A stretch of 64,000 nucleotides of DNA from Candidatus Zixiibacteriota bacterium (GTDB taxonomy: Bacteria; Zixibacteria; MSB-5A5; UBA10806; 4484-95), in assembly GCA_029932605.1 (NCBI GenBank), contig JAOZPT010000001.1, forward strand, positions 32,001 to 96,000. The letters are read 5' to 3'. Of this stretch, positions 37,881-48,306 are shown in pieces. Under the pieces are notes generated by a model, which worked only from the letters and a program-made list of their open reading frames with translations, was not told where the DNA came from and did not search any database. Numbering within the stretch: position 1 is the stretch's first letter; every line of letters begins with the position of its first letter. Made by a program: the position numbers and the translations under genes.

Positions 37881-40290
37881 TAAGCTCTTTATTTTCGGTT
37901 TTTAATCTGTATAGATATGTACCGCTGGCAACTTGCTTTCCGCTTGAGTTATTGCCATCCCATTTGATGAGGTGATTGCCGGATGGGTAGGTGTTATCTG
38001 CTAAAGTTGTAACTTTTCTGCCAGCGATGTCTAATATATCTATCTTAATATGTGATGGTTCACCTGTTGCGAATCGAATTTCCGTGCAGTAATTAAAAGG
38101 ATTGGGATAATTTTTCCCAAGGTATATTTCACCAGGGATAATGTTTTTATCATCGGTATTTGATTGGTTGCTTACATTAATGGTATCGACATCAGGAACC
38201 ATGTCCTTGGCATCAGCGGTAAGATACATCTGTCCGCCATAAGCCAAGACAAAGGGAATCTCAATTTCTCCATTGGCATCGGTAGTACCCCGATAGTAGA
38301 GCTCACCAGGTTTCCAGGCGCAGACCATTACATCGGTTGCTGGGCCATTTGGAGTGGATACTGAAACGGTTATGGAGTTACAGTTTATATCGATTTGATT
38401 GGGAGCATTGATTGTAAGCGGAACGGGGGTTTTAGTCCATATCTCCATTTCAGGATCGCCGAATAGGTTATGACCATAGGTGATATCCCGATAGCTCGAA
38501 TAATATATTTTCGATAATGCTTCAGCGATAGCCAAGTGGCTGGCGGAATCGGAGAATACATATTCAATAAATTTACCTTCCATACGGAATGATGCTAATA
38601 CCCAGCCCCACCGGGTATTGCCAAGATATCCCACACCAGCGCGATGCGGTAAGAGTAAAAAAGATTCCATAAGCGTATTTTCTGAAAGGAATGGTCCAGG
38701 GCGGAGGATCTCTTTGTCAAAATCGAAAGCTGCGTTTTCACAGCTGATTGAGTAATGTATAGAATATTTGTCACTCTCATCCAATAGCGCTAGGGCACAT
38801 GAACCATCACCATCGGGGATAAAGTCTCCAAATAGGAAGGAACGAGGTGGTATGTTATATCCGGGAGCCATTGTTGTGTAATGGTATGGAGACCCGTGAT
38901 TAAGGTTTGATGTAAAGCCCCAACCTTCATTAAGAACCTCGATAACCATTTCAGCGGTTGGTTGGGTAGGGTTTTGCGAGCCACCACTTGGTTCTTCGGC
39001 ACAACTTGAGATGTCAACAAGGAAATTATCCGGCATCAGACCAGCCAACGAGACATGTTCATTTAAATCTCTCATCTGGTCGGCTACGATAATGAGTCCC
39101 TTTGTGAGGTAAGAAAAATCGCCATTGCCCGGGTTCTGTTCATATAAAAGTGCTTTTTCCACCCATGTTTCCGCTTCCTCCAAACTAACTACAGGGACTC
39201 TTCCCACATACAATTCAGGGTAAATATCCGGCTGGTCATGATTCGGTTCACCGTAAACACCATCGCCATCATAATCCCAATTTCCGGTAAGGTCAGAGTA
39301 GTATAAATCACAAATCTGCTGATTGCTTAATGGCGGAGTTGAGATAACATTGCCGTGATAGGCATAACGGATGGGGATGACATCCTCATCACCGCCCAGT
39401 AATACCCACATTGCACCATTATTGTAAGCCTCCTGAAGATACGCTCTTAATTGGGCTGGTTGATCCTCTCCTGAATAGTTTTGCAGGATTTCCTCTATCA
39501 GCACAAGCTCGGTTAGGAGTCCTTTCTGGTTTTTCCAGGCTGCATATGGATAAAAAGCTGGAGCAATCTCAGCTGAGGTTATAATCAGATATTCAGCTCC
39601 AATACCTAATGTGAATTCCCCGGGAATACCGTCATCGCCTTTAAAGAAAGAACCAATAATTGGAGTTTGGAAGTCAGCGGGGTTGTCAAGCATATTCCTA
39701 ACCTGATTTGCGGCCTTAGGTAACGATCCGGTTAAGTTTGTGAAATGGTCAATAAGATCGATATGGATGTTGATTTCACCAATTAAGAACATCTCACCTT
39801 TAACAGGATTGAACTGAAGAGGATATACAGCTATTGCGGTTAAGTGTTGTGGTCCCATCATACCCTCGTTTATTAGTTCAGCATACTTTCCGGGGAAAGT
39901 CTTATTGGACATGTAAATGTCCTGATTTTTTAAGGCTGGTTTGAATTTCTCAATGGTTCCGGTTTTAATGTCTCCTTCAAACCAAGCATATTCAATTCCC
40001 TGGGCTAATCTGCTAATATTTGAACCGGTAGCTGAAATAGAGCTGATTTTAGTATTTTCAGGTAGAGCTAATCTGATTATTTTGTATGGGATTTCGGGAG
40101 CGCCTTCAATTTCTATGAAGAAATCATCCTTTAGATTGTATCTAACCCCCGTATCAGTACTTTCAACGGAAATTTCATTTTGATCAGTTGTAACTCTGTA
40201 GTCAAATTTATCTTTAGCAGAGGCTGAGAGCGCTAATACGTTGATTATTATAAAGATATTTATAATGTAATTTTTAAATCCGCTAAACAT
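37855..40290 (-). CDS. C25 (gingipain family) cysteine peptidase with propeptide and T9SS/FlgD-type CTD
   Basis: Signal peptide, GAPEIP propeptide, YLIIT, LLGGD, DLYYSDL, YVGRVP, catalytic NHG and SISC, NLFGDP; CTD NYPNPFN...WDG...VASGTYLY...KKMLLLK. Confidence 0.88.
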   Translation of the reverse strand: MFSGFKNYIINIFIIINVLALSASAKDKFDYRVTTDQNEISVESTDTGVRYNLKDDFFIEIEGAPEIPYKIIRLALPENTKISSISATGSNISRLAQGIEYAWFEGDIKTGTIEKFKPALKNQDIYMSNKTFPGKYAELINEGMMGPQHLTAIAVYPLQFNPVKGEMFLIGEINIHIDLIDHFTNLTGSLPKAANQVRNMLDNPADFQTPIIGSFFKGDDGIPGEFTLGIGAEYLIITSAEIAPAFYPYAAWKNQKGLLTELVLIEEILQNYSGEDQPAQLRAYLQEAYNNGAMWVLLGGDEDVIPIRYAYHGNVISTPPLSNQQICDLYYSDLTGNWDYDGDGVYGEPNHDQPDIYPELYVGRVPVVSLEEAETWVEKALLYEQNPGNGDFSYLTKGLIIVADQMRDLNEHVSLAGLMPDNFLVDISSCAEEPSGGSQNPTQPTAEMVIEVLNEGWGFTSNLNHGSPYHYTTMAPGYNIPPRSFLFGDFIPDGDGSCALALLDESDKYSIHYSISCENAAFDFDKEILRPGPFLSENTLMESFLLLPHRAGVGYLGNTRWGWVLASFRMEGKFIEYVFSDSASHLAIAEALSKIYYSSYRDITYGHNLFGDPEMEIWTKTPVPLTINAPNQIDINCNSITVSVSTPNGPATDVMVCAWKPGELYYRGTTDANGEIEIPFVLAYGGQMYLTADAKDMVPDVDTINVSNQSNTDDKNIIPGEIYLGKNYPNPFNYCTEIRFATGEPSHIKIDILDIAGRKVTTLADNTYPSGNHLIKWDGNNSSGKQVASGTYLYRLKTENKELIKKMLLLK

Positions 40291-40345
40291 TTTCCCCTCC
40301 TTAAGCCAGTTTGGATTGCTAATGCGTTTTTACTTAGGGGTTATT

Positions 40346-40361
40346 TGCAAAGGTTATGCCA
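40346..40361 (-). promoter_or_regulatory. Putative sigma54 -24/-12 promoter for the C25 peptidase
   Basis: Minus strand TGGCATAACCTTTGCA = GG-N10-GC, 55 nt upstream of the ATG. Confidence 0.65.
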
Positions 40362-40546
40362 TGAGAAGAATTACTGTTTTAAAATGGAACATTATGTAAG
40401 TTTATGTTATTTGGTGTGATATAAAGGAATTTTTTGATAGAATTTGGTTTTTAATGATATGAACCTCTAAAAATATTGGGTGGTTACAATACTTTTTGTT
40501 GTAGCCCTATATCTTTAAATAGACTATAAGATATATAATTTTTTTC

Positions 40547-40591
40547 TTGACAGTTGTGGTTTGTAGGAATAGTATTGTGGGAGTTTGTGGG
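40547..40591 (+). promoter_or_regulatory. dcw promoter with MraZ-box-like direct repeats
   Basis: TTGACA(40547)-N17-TAGTAT; TGTGGG at 40576 and 40586 (10-bp spacing) plus TGTGGT at 40555. Confidence 0.7.
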
Positions 40592-40611
40592 TTAAAAAGG
40601 AGATTTTTATC

Positions 40612-41046
40612 TTGGCTGGCTTTAAGGGTTCATACAAACATATAATCGACCAAAAAGGGAGGATAAATATACCTGCAAAGTTTCGTCGGGCGCCTGGTAC
40701 ACCGGAGAGTTATGTTGTAACCAGAGGTCTAAACGGGTGCTTATATGTTTTTCCTGTTGACGAGTGGGAGAAAGTGGAGGTTAAGCTTCGTTCTCTTAAA
40801 CAGACGGACCCTGATGCTCTTTATTATTTAAGAAAAACCCTCCCCAATACAAATGATGTCCAGGTTGACAAGCAGGGCCGAATCAACATTCCCTCGAATT
40901 TAATAAAGTTGGCAGGTTTAGAAAAAGAAGTACTGATTATTGGGGCACTTGACAGGATGGAGATATGGTCTCCTGATAATTTTAAGAAGTATTTAGAGGA
41001 ATGTCCTAAAACCTATGAGGAGGTGGCCAGAGAAATACTTATCTAA
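40612..41046 (+). CDS. mraZ: Division/cell wall cluster transcriptional repressor MraZ
   Basis: Two DxxGR repeats (DQKGRINIP, DKQGRINIP), TRGLNGCL and EIWS; TTG start after AAGGAG. Confidence 0.94.
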   Translation: MAGFKGSYKHIIDQKGRINIPAKFRRAPGTPESYVVTRGLNGCLYVFPVDEWEKVEVKLRSLKQTDPDALYYLRKTLPNTNDVQVDKQGRINIPSNLIKLAGLEKEVLIIGALDRMEIWSPDNFKKYLEECPKTYEEVAREILI

Positions 41047-41050
41047 AAGA

Positions 41051-41974
41051 GTGCATCTTCCAGTAATGGCAGGGGAGGTTGTTGGTTTACTTAAAAACTG
41101 TCCAAGTGGGGTATTTATTGATGCTACCATTGCTGAAGGTGGCCACACATTAGCAGTATACGATGCTTATGGTGACCATTTTAGATATTTCGGATTTGAC
41201 CTCAACAGTAGGGTTCTTGATTTTGCACGAAAAGAATTTGACTCTGTTTGTTTGGATGCCGAGCTGGTCAAGCTGAATTTTTCTGAAATTGCTTTATTTT
41301 TACAAAGGAGGGAAATAGACTCGATAAGCGCAGTTTTATTCGACCTTGGAACAAGTTCGTATCAAATCGAGAAACCAGGGCAGGGATTTTCCTACCTTAA
41401 AGATGGGCCACTAAATTTGTCATTTAACGACGATGAAAAGATGGCAGCGGCAAACCTTATAGAGAATTTAAGTGAGAAGGAACTAACCGATGTTATCAGG
41501 TTATATGGACAAGAGGTAAAAGCGAAAAGATTGGCCCAAGCCATGAAAAGTTCACCTAAAAAAATAAAAACTACCGCTCAGCTTTCAGGAGTAATCCGTT
41601 CTGTTGTCGGAGACAGGTATTTTGTAAAAACCGCCGCCAGAGTATTTCAGGCTTTGAGGATCAAGGTCAATGATGAGCTTGGAAATATACAAAAAAGCCT
41701 TGAAAGCATCATTCCGATTCTGGTGACGGGAGGGAGGGTGATTGTGATATCTTATCACTCACTTGAAGATGGCCTTGTTAAAAAGATATTTAAGAAATAT
41801 TCTGGTAGATGTGTTTGTCCATCGAATGTTTTAGAGTGTCGGTGTGGCAAACAGAAGCTTGTCCGACCTGTGCATTCTAAACCTCTTTATCCTAGCCGGG
41901 TTGAGGTTGCAAGAAATCCCAGGGCTAGGTCTGCGAAATTGAGGGTAGTTGAGAAAGTTGCGTTTACATCATAA
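41051..41974 (+). CDS. rsmH: 16S rRNA (cytosine1402-N4)-methyltransferase
   Basis: HLPV, DAT..EGGH, DLGTSS, FQALRIKVN, ISYHSLED and NPRARSAKLR; start GTG 41051 inferred. Confidence 0.93.
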   Translation: MHLPVMAGEVVGLLKNCPSGVFIDATIAEGGHTLAVYDAYGDHFRYFGFDLNSRVLDFARKEFDSVCLDAELVKLNFSEIALFLQRREIDSISAVLFDLGTSSYQIEKPGQGFSYLKDGPLNLSFNDDEKMAAANLIENLSEKELTDVIRLYGQEVKAKRLAQAMKSSPKKIKTTAQLSGVIRSVVGDRYFVKTAARVFQALRIKVNDELGNIQKSLESIIPILVTGGRVIVISYHSLEDGLVKKIFKKYSGRCVCPSNVLECRCGKQKLVRPVHSKPLYPSRVEVARNPRARSAKLRVVEKVAFTS

Positions 41975-42335
41975 AAAAAACAGGTTTTTTAAGCAATTTA
42001 GATTGATAATTCCGGCAATATTTGCCCTGGCGATTGTATGGGTCTGGAAATCGACTATGGCTGATAAATTCTCTCGCATGCTGACTGAACTTGACCAGAC
42101 AAGAAAGGAATTAATTGAAGAAAATAAACGGTTAAAGGTTAAGCTTGAACGTTACAGCTCTATTTCTTGGATAGATAGCTGTGCTTGCTACAAGTATGGT
42201 ATGACATATAATGTGAAGAAGCGTATTGTTGTATTTGATAATCCTAAAGAAGAAACAAAAAAAGATCGGAGCCTTTTTGCAGGATTGGGTAATGTAGCGG
42301 GTGAAATATTGAAGAAGTTAAAAGGTGAAAAATGA
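41949..42335 (+). CDS. ftsL: FtsL-like cell division protein
   Basis: Position between rsmH and ftsI; basic N-terminus, one TM, coiled coil. Confidence 0.6.
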   Translation: MRKLRLHHKKNRFFKQFRLIIPAIFALAIVWVWKSTMADKFSRMLTELDQTRKELIEENKRLKVKLERYSSISWIDSCACYKYGMTYNVKKRIVVFDNPKEETKKDRSLFAGLGNVAGEILKKLKGEK

Positions 42336-44317
42336 GCGGCCTGAGAGGTTCGATATCTAAATCAAGAATCCTTTTTTTAAAGATAACGATAATTGTAGCT
42401 TGGGCGGTTTTCATTGGGAGGTTGATATGCCTTCAATTTATAGACAGAGAAAAATTTATTCAGGCTGCCAATGACCAACAAAATCTTGTTATCGATATTC
42501 AGTCCAAACGAGGAATCATTTATGACCGTAACTATAGAGTTTTAGCCCAGGATATCGATTCTTATTCGTATTATGTTGTTCCTGAAGAGATTAATGACAG
42601 AAAAAAAGCAGAACGGCTTTTGAGAGAAATAACTGGAAAATCTGGTTGGGAAAAGAAATTTGAAAAGTATCCGAAATTTCTATGGGTTGCCAGAAAGACC
42701 TCCCCCGAATTAAAAGGTTATTTTGATAGTTCCGGCATAGAGTCTTTAAATTATGTTATTGAGCCCAAAAGGATATACCCATCCGGTAATCTGGCTTTTT
42801 CTTTGTTGGGCAGAGTAGATATAGATAACAACGGTCTTTCTGGACTTGAATTACAGTATAACGATATACTTTCTGGTAAGAGTGGGAAAGATATTTTACG
42901 TCGTGATGGTTTGGGATATAGTTACTTGTTCAATGAAAAGCCCCTGGTTGAACCGCATCCGGGTCTAGACATGGTAACGACGATAGACCTTGACCTTCAA
43001 CAGATAGTTGAGCAGGAATTGGTGACCGCTCTTGCAGAAAACAACGCTGCTTTTGCCATCGGTCTGTTTATCGAGGTGGGTACGGGAGAGATCCTTGCTT
43101 GCGCAGTTTTAGATAGCCTGGGAAAGCACTCGTCGCGCAACAGAACGATTACCGATCAATATGAACCCGGTTCCACCTTCAAAATCATTACGGCGGCTAT
43201 AGCTCTTTCGAGTGGATTGTTTGAACCAGAAAACAAATTGTGCGTAGAAAACGGTAGGTTCCGGATCGGCGGGAGAATAATTAGAGATGACCATGAGTAT
43301 GATACCCTTACTGTTGAGGATATCATTGTTTTTTCCTCTAATATTGGCGTGTCTAAAATAGCTTGCAGATTAGGTGACCAACGTCTTTATAAGGCTATTA
43401 AGGAAGCTGGCTTCACGGTGCCTCAGGGAGTGGATTTCCCTGGTGAGGCTAAAGGATTTATTCAACATCCTGGTTGGAGGAAACATTATTTAGCCAGTAT
43501 AAGTTTCGGACATGGAATTTCTGCTACGCCATTACAGATCGTTTCATTATACGGTGCTATCGCCTCGGGTGGAGACCTTTACCGGCCGTATTTCGGCAAA
43601 CAGATAATATATGAGGATGGCCATAAAGAGAGATTAAATCATGTTCACAAGGTCAGGAGTGTTTTTGATTCCAAAGTAGCAGCTACCTTAGCGGATTTCC
43701 TAAGACAAGTGGTAACAAGAGGTACTGCTACAAAGGCCTCTTCGGATATTGTCTCAATTGCCGGTAAGACCGGAACAGCCTTAAAATTGAGAGATGATTT
43801 AAAGGGGTATGACCACCGCAAAGCTCAAGCTTCATTTGTAGGTTTTTTCCCTGCGGATTTTCCTCGAGTGGTGGGGATTGTGTTTTTTGATGAACCAAAA
43901 AACTCTCGTTATGGGGGGATAACAGCGGCGCCGGTTTTTAAAAGGATTGCTGAGAGGTATTGCACTTTACCCCGACAGATGGCACGATGGGCTATGGAGA
44001 TGGAAAGTTGCAAAAGAAAAACATCGCCGAACGACAAAGTTGAATATATAACCGACAGGGTAAATTCAACAAACGATTGGCGCGGAGAGATGGTTAAACT
44101 TATCAATATCTCCGCTCGCTATTATGAAAATCAAGGAGATAAAAACCTTATCCCCGATTTCAGAGGATTGACCCTCAGGCAGGCACTGACTTTGGCGGCT
44201 GATAAGGGTCTTAGATGTAAGTTCAGCGGTTCCGGGATTGTTACCGAGCAATTTCCTAGTGCCGGTAAAATATACAAGCCGGGGACGGTATTGGAATTGA
44301 GGTGTAAAAGCGGATGA
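42332..44317 (+). CDS. ftsI: Class B penicillin-binding protein (PBP3) with PASTA domain
   Basis: RGIIYDRN, RIYP, GLSGLE, EPGSTFK (SxxK), SSN, GKTGT and C-terminal IPDFRGL PASTA. Confidence 0.9.
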   Translation: MSGLRGSISKSRILFLKITIIVAWAVFIGRLICLQFIDREKFIQAANDQQNLVIDIQSKRGIIYDRNYRVLAQDIDSYSYYVVPEEINDRKKAERLLREITGKSGWEKKFEKYPKFLWVARKTSPELKGYFDSSGIESLNYVIEPKRIYPSGNLAFSLLGRVDIDNNGLSGLELQYNDILSGKSGKDILRRDGLGYSYLFNEKPLVEPHPGLDMVTTIDLDLQQIVEQELVTALAENNAAFAIGLFIEVGTGEILACAVLDSLGKHSSRNRTITDQYEPGSTFKIITAAIALSSGLFEPENKLCVENGRFRIGGRIIRDDHEYDTLTVEDIIVFSSNIGVSKIACRLGDQRLYKAIKEAGFTVPQGVDFPGEAKGFIQHPGWRKHYLASISFGHGISATPLQIVSLYGAIASGGDLYRPYFGKQIIYEDGHKERLNHVHKVRSVFDSKVAATLADFLRQVVTRGTATKASSDIVSIAGKTGTALKLRDDLKGYDHRKAQASFVGFFPADFPRVVGIVFFDEPKNSRYGGITAAPVFKRIAERYCTLPRQMARWAMEMESCKRKTSPNDKVEYITDRVNSTNDWRGEMVKLINISARYYENQGDKNLIPDFRGLTLRQALTLAADKGLRCKFSGSGIVTEQFPSAGKIYKPGTVLELRCKSG

Positions 44318-45840
44318 ACCTTGCCTCGATAAATAATATGAAATCCGATTATAACCCTGTAAGCCTGGCAAAGTTGTTTGCCGGTCTTGATTGTGTTGTT
44401 GCCGGTGATTTTTCAGAGATGATGGTTACCGGCCTGGCAAACGATTCTCGCAAGGTGAAACCTGGAGATTTATTTTTCGCGGTGCCGGGTTTTGTTACCG
44501 ATGGTAAAAAGTTCATTCCTGAGGCGGTATCGCTTGGAGCCACAGGGGTTGTTGTTCAATCTGATGTTTCTGGTATCGAAGGAGTACCGGTAATAAAGTG
44601 TAAAGATATAAAGAGAACGATGTCGGTGGTGGCAAATCGCTTTTTCGATTTTCCCTCTACAAGTTTACACATCGTTGGTGTTACAGGCACCAATGGCAAA
44701 ACCACGGTCAGTTACCTTTTCACTCATATCATGGATTGTTGCGGAGAAAGATATGGTAGAATAGGAACTGTAGAATATTACACGGGCAAACGCACGGTTA
44801 ACGCCTTGAATACTACACCCGATGCTTTGGAACTGCAAACGCTTTTGGCAGAGATGAGAGATTTCGGGATGAGCGGTTGTGTTATGGAGGTATCGTCCCA
44901 TGCGCTCGAGCAGGGTAGATGCAATGATATGGAATTTACCGGAGCAGTTTTTACGAACCTGACCCAAGACCATCTAGATTACCATAAGGATATGGAGAAT
45001 TACCTTAAGGCGAAATCGATTTTATTTTCTGACCTTTTAAAAGAAGATGGCTTTGCAATAATAAATATTGATGATCCGTATTCTGGGAAGATTAAAAGCC
45101 TTTGCCGTGGTAAGATCCTTACGTTTTCAGTGATTGGAAGTTCGAACCGGGCTTCAACAGCTGATATAAAATTGATAGATGGTGGTTGCAAGGATAACAT
45201 CCGGTATTTCGAGGTGACGTTTGGAAATAGAACGCTTAGCGGAAGCATGCCACTTTTGGGGAGGTTTAATTTGTCAAATGCAGCAGCGGCGATTGGAACT
45301 GCCATAAGTAGTGGATGCCATTTTGATGAGGCAATTGAGGCACTGAAAACCTCTCCCCAGGTTCCCGGGAGAGTCGAAAGAATTGATCTTGGTCAACCTT
45401 TCGAAGTGGTCGTGGATTACGCTCATACACCCGATGCCTTAAAAAACCTTCTTACGGGAGTTGAATCATCCGGCGAAAAGATCCTTGTTTTTGGTTGTGG
45501 CGGAAACCGAGATAAAACAAAACGTCCTATCATGGGCAAGATAGCGGTTGAGTTTGCTGATAGGGTAATCATAACCTCCGATAATCCTCGAAACGAGAGT
45601 CCGACGAGAATAATAAATGACATATTAAAAGGCATTTCGCAAAAGGAGGATTGTATCGTTGTTGAAGATAGGAATAATGCTATCAGCGAGGCTTTAAAGA
45701 AAGCTAAACCTGATGATTTGGTAATTATCGCTGGCAAAGGACATGAGGATTACCAGGTGGTGGGCAATAGAAGGATTTATTTTTCTGATGTAGATGTAGT
45801 AAAGAAATACCTGAAAAAAATGAGTCATGCGGGTTCTTGA
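44314..45840 (+). CDS. murE: UDP-MurNAc-dipeptide--diaminopimelate ligase
   Basis: GVTGTNGKTT, MEVSSH, NLTQDHLDYH, DYAHTPD, SDNPR (mDAP-type) and AGKGHE. Confidence 0.95.
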   Translation: MNLASINNMKSDYNPVSLAKLFAGLDCVVAGDFSEMMVTGLANDSRKVKPGDLFFAVPGFVTDGKKFIPEAVSLGATGVVVQSDVSGIEGVPVIKCKDIKRTMSVVANRFFDFPSTSLHIVGVTGTNGKTTVSYLFTHIMDCCGERYGRIGTVEYYTGKRTVNALNTTPDALELQTLLAEMRDFGMSGCVMEVSSHALEQGRCNDMEFTGAVFTNLTQDHLDYHKDMENYLKAKSILFSDLLKEDGFAIINIDDPYSGKIKSLCRGKILTFSVIGSSNRASTADIKLIDGGCKDNIRYFEVTFGNRTLSGSMPLLGRFNLSNAAAAIGTAISSGCHFDEAIEALKTSPQVPGRVERIDLGQPFEVVVDYAHTPDALKNLLTGVESSGEKILVFGCGGNRDKTKRPIMGKIAVEFADRVIITSDNPRNESPTRIINDILKGISQKEDCIVVEDRNNAISEALKKAKPDDLVIIAGKGHEDYQVVGNRRIYFSDVDVVKKYLKKMSHAGS

Positions 45841-47221
45841 ACTTATGAAAATAACCAGTCTTGAGGTGCGAGAGGCTTTGGGTGTTGAGCCCTTACGGGC
45901 AAATACCAACAATGGGTTGCCGGCTGAGTTGGTTGATGAGATTTCCTTTAATGGCGTGTCCACTGATAGTAGAACGGTTAATGAAGGCGACCTCTTTTTT
46001 GCCCTTATAGGTGAAAGGTTCGATGGACATAGTTTTGTCGAAGATGCTCTAACGAAGGGCGCTGTTGGGGTTGTGATAAGCAAAGACATCCACCCCTCCA
46101 GGGGTATCGTTTTTAAGGTAAAGGATACGCTTAAGGCTTTAGGCGAACTGGCTAAATCCTACAGACGTAAGTTTGATATCCGGTGTGTTGCCATTACCGG
46201 TTCTAATGGCAAGACCACCACTAAAGAGATTCTGGCAACCTGTTTGGAAACATGTTTTCATACTCTAAAGACAACGGGCAATTTTAACAACTTAATTGGA
46301 CTGCCATTATCGCTTTTCAACCTTGATGACGAATATAAAGCTGGGGTTTTTGAACTGGCTATGAGTGCGCCGATGGAGATAGCACGCCTGGCTGAAATCT
46401 GCCAACCTCAAGTGGGAGTTTTTACTAATATAGCCCCTGTTCATCTTAAGACAATGAAGTCTATAAAAGATATTGCAAAAGCTAAATTTGAGCTTGTGGA
46501 AAGTTTGCCGCATGATGGGGTTGTGGTTTTAAATGCAGATGATAAGTATCTGGCAGGTTGGCGAAATTTGATAACACAAAAAGTGATAAAATACAGCCTG
46601 GAAAATGAGGCTGATTTCCGTGTGGAATCTGTTGAAAGTTCTTCTGGTGGTGCAAGTTTATTTAAGTTGAAAGGGGTTAAATATAAAATCAATCTCCCCG
46701 GGATACATAATATCTATAATGCTGTTGCCGCTATAGCTACTGCATCATATTTTGGATGTGACCTCCATAGATTAGTTGAGCCAATAGCCAATGTTAAAGC
46801 ATACCATCTACGGTCAGAGGTCTTTGAAAGCTCGGGGGTTATTTTTATTAACGATTGTTATAATGCCAACCCGGTTTCGATGCGATTAGCTGTTGATACA
46901 CTTGTAAATTACCCTGCAAGGGGAAGGAAAATAGTAGTATTTGGCGATATGCTTGAGCTGGGAGATGATGAAAAAGATTTTCATGTAGAGGTGGGTGAAT
47001 ATTTGAATTTTAAAAATATCGATGTCCTTTTTGCATTTGGTAACCTTGCCCGTTATTACCTTGAGGGATTTAAGGGTGGCTTGGGGAAACATTTTAGAGA
47101 AAAGGTGAAACTGGCTGAAAGCCTTAAAAGTTTTTTGCGTGCTGGTGATGTTGTCCTTGTTAAAGGTTCAAGGGCAATGGCTTTGGAAGAGATTAGCGAG
47201 ATGTTTAAGGAGAAAAGCTGA
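45827..47221 (+). CDS. murF: UDP-MurNAc-tripeptide--D-Ala-D-Ala ligase
   Basis: ITGSNGKTTTKE, GNFNNLIG, NDCYNANP, GDMLELG and VKGSR; start may be ATG 45845. Confidence 0.95.
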   Translation: MRVLELMKITSLEVREALGVEPLRANTNNGLPAELVDEISFNGVSTDSRTVNEGDLFFALIGERFDGHSFVEDALTKGAVGVVISKDIHPSRGIVFKVKDTLKALGELAKSYRRKFDIRCVAITGSNGKTTTKEILATCLETCFHTLKTTGNFNNLIGLPLSLFNLDDEYKAGVFELAMSAPMEIARLAEICQPQVGVFTNIAPVHLKTMKSIKDIAKAKFELVESLPHDGVVVLNADDKYLAGWRNLITQKVIKYSLENEADFRVESVESSSGGASLFKLKGVKYKINLPGIHNIYNAVAAIATASYFGCDLHRLVEPIANVKAYHLRSEVFESSGVIFINDCYNANPVSMRLAVDTLVNYPARGRKIVVFGDMLELGDDEKDFHVEVGEYLNFKNIDVLFAFGNLARYYLEGFKGGLGKHFREKVKLAESLKSFLRAGDVVLVKGSRAMALEEISEMFKEKS

Positions 47222-48306
47222 TGCTTTATCATCTGCTCTATCCATTAATAGAATATTTCAGCGGATTTAATATTTTTAAATATATAACTTTCCGCACAGC
47301 ATATGCCACTATTACAGCTATGCTGATTAGCTTCGTTTTCGGAAGCATGTTTATTCGGTATTTGAAGCGAAAACAGGTGCAAGAGAAAATCCGTGAAGAT
47401 GGACCTAAAACTCATTTTGCTAAAGAAGGTACCCCGACGATGGGCGGTCTTTTGATTTTAATATCTATCTTGGTTCCGACATTGTTATGGGCTGACCTGA
47501 CAAACACTTATATTCTTCTGATTCTTTTTGTGACGGTATGGATGGGACTTCTTGGTTTTCTGGATGATTATCTTAAAGCGGTTAAGAACCAAAAGAAAGG
47601 AATAGTGGCAAGAAAGAAATTTGTTGGACAGATATTGCTGGGATTAATATTGGGAGCTATTCTTTATTTTAAACCTCCTGACCCCATGTTCACCACAGCT
47701 ACCGGCTTACCGTTTTTTAAGAATCTTTATTTGGATTTTGGCTTGTTGTATATCCCCTTTGTTGTTGTGGTGATTACCGGTTCATCCAATGCTGTAAATC
47801 TTACTGATGGTCTTGACGGTTTGGCCATTGGTCTGGTGGGGATATGCGCCCTTGGCTTTGCCGGCTTATCATACATTACGGGACGTGTCGATTTTACCAG
47901 TTATCTTGATATCGAATATTTCAAGGGGGCTGGGGAGTTAACTATTTATTGCGGTGCTCTGGTAGGTGCCTGTCTTGGGTTTTTGTGGTTCAACTCAAAC
48001 CCGGCACAGGTTTTTATGGGAGACACCGGTGCGCTTGCTCTTGGGGGTGCTTTAGGCGCAATTGCTCTTTTGCTGAAAAAAGAGATAATTCTGGTAATCA
48101 TAGGGGGTGTGTTTGTAGCTGAGGCGATTTCGGTAATCATTCAGGTGCTGTATTTCAAGTTGACCGGTAAACGGGTATTCAAAATGGCGCCGTTACATCA
48201 TCATTTTGAATTGTGCGGATGGCCCGAACATAAGGTGACCGTTCGTTTATGGATAGTGGGTGTGATATTTGCCTTGATCAGCTTGAGCACGTTGAAGATA
48301 AGATGA
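47221..48306 (+). CDS. mraY: Phospho-N-acetylmuramoyl-pentapeptide transferase
   Basis: KEGTPTMGG, LDDY, NAVNLTDGLDGL, FMGDTG and MAPLHHHFE. Confidence 0.97.
   Translation: MLYHLLYPLIEYFSGFNIFKYITFRTAYATITAMLISFVFGSMFIRYLKRKQVQEKIREDGPKTHFAKEGTPTMGGLLILISILVPTLLWADLTNTYILLILFVTVWMGLLGFLDDYLKAVKNQKKGIVARKKFVGQILLGLILGAILYFKPPDPMFTTATGLPFFKNLYLDFGLLYIPFVVVVITGSSNAVNLTDGLDGLAIGLVGICALGFAGLSYITGRVDFTSYLDIEYFKGAGELTIYCGALVGACLGFLWFNSNPAQVFMGDTGALALGGALGAIALLLKKEIILVIIGGVFVAEAISVIIQVLYFKLTGKRVFKMAPLHHHFELCGWPEHKVTVRLWIVGVIFALISLSTLKIR

Noticed and set aside
37855..40290. Calling the C25 protein the sortase PorU
   Set aside because: Its architecture (gingipain-type propeptide, 811 aa) looks more like a secreted cargo protease; PorU orthology cannot be shown without a phylogeny.
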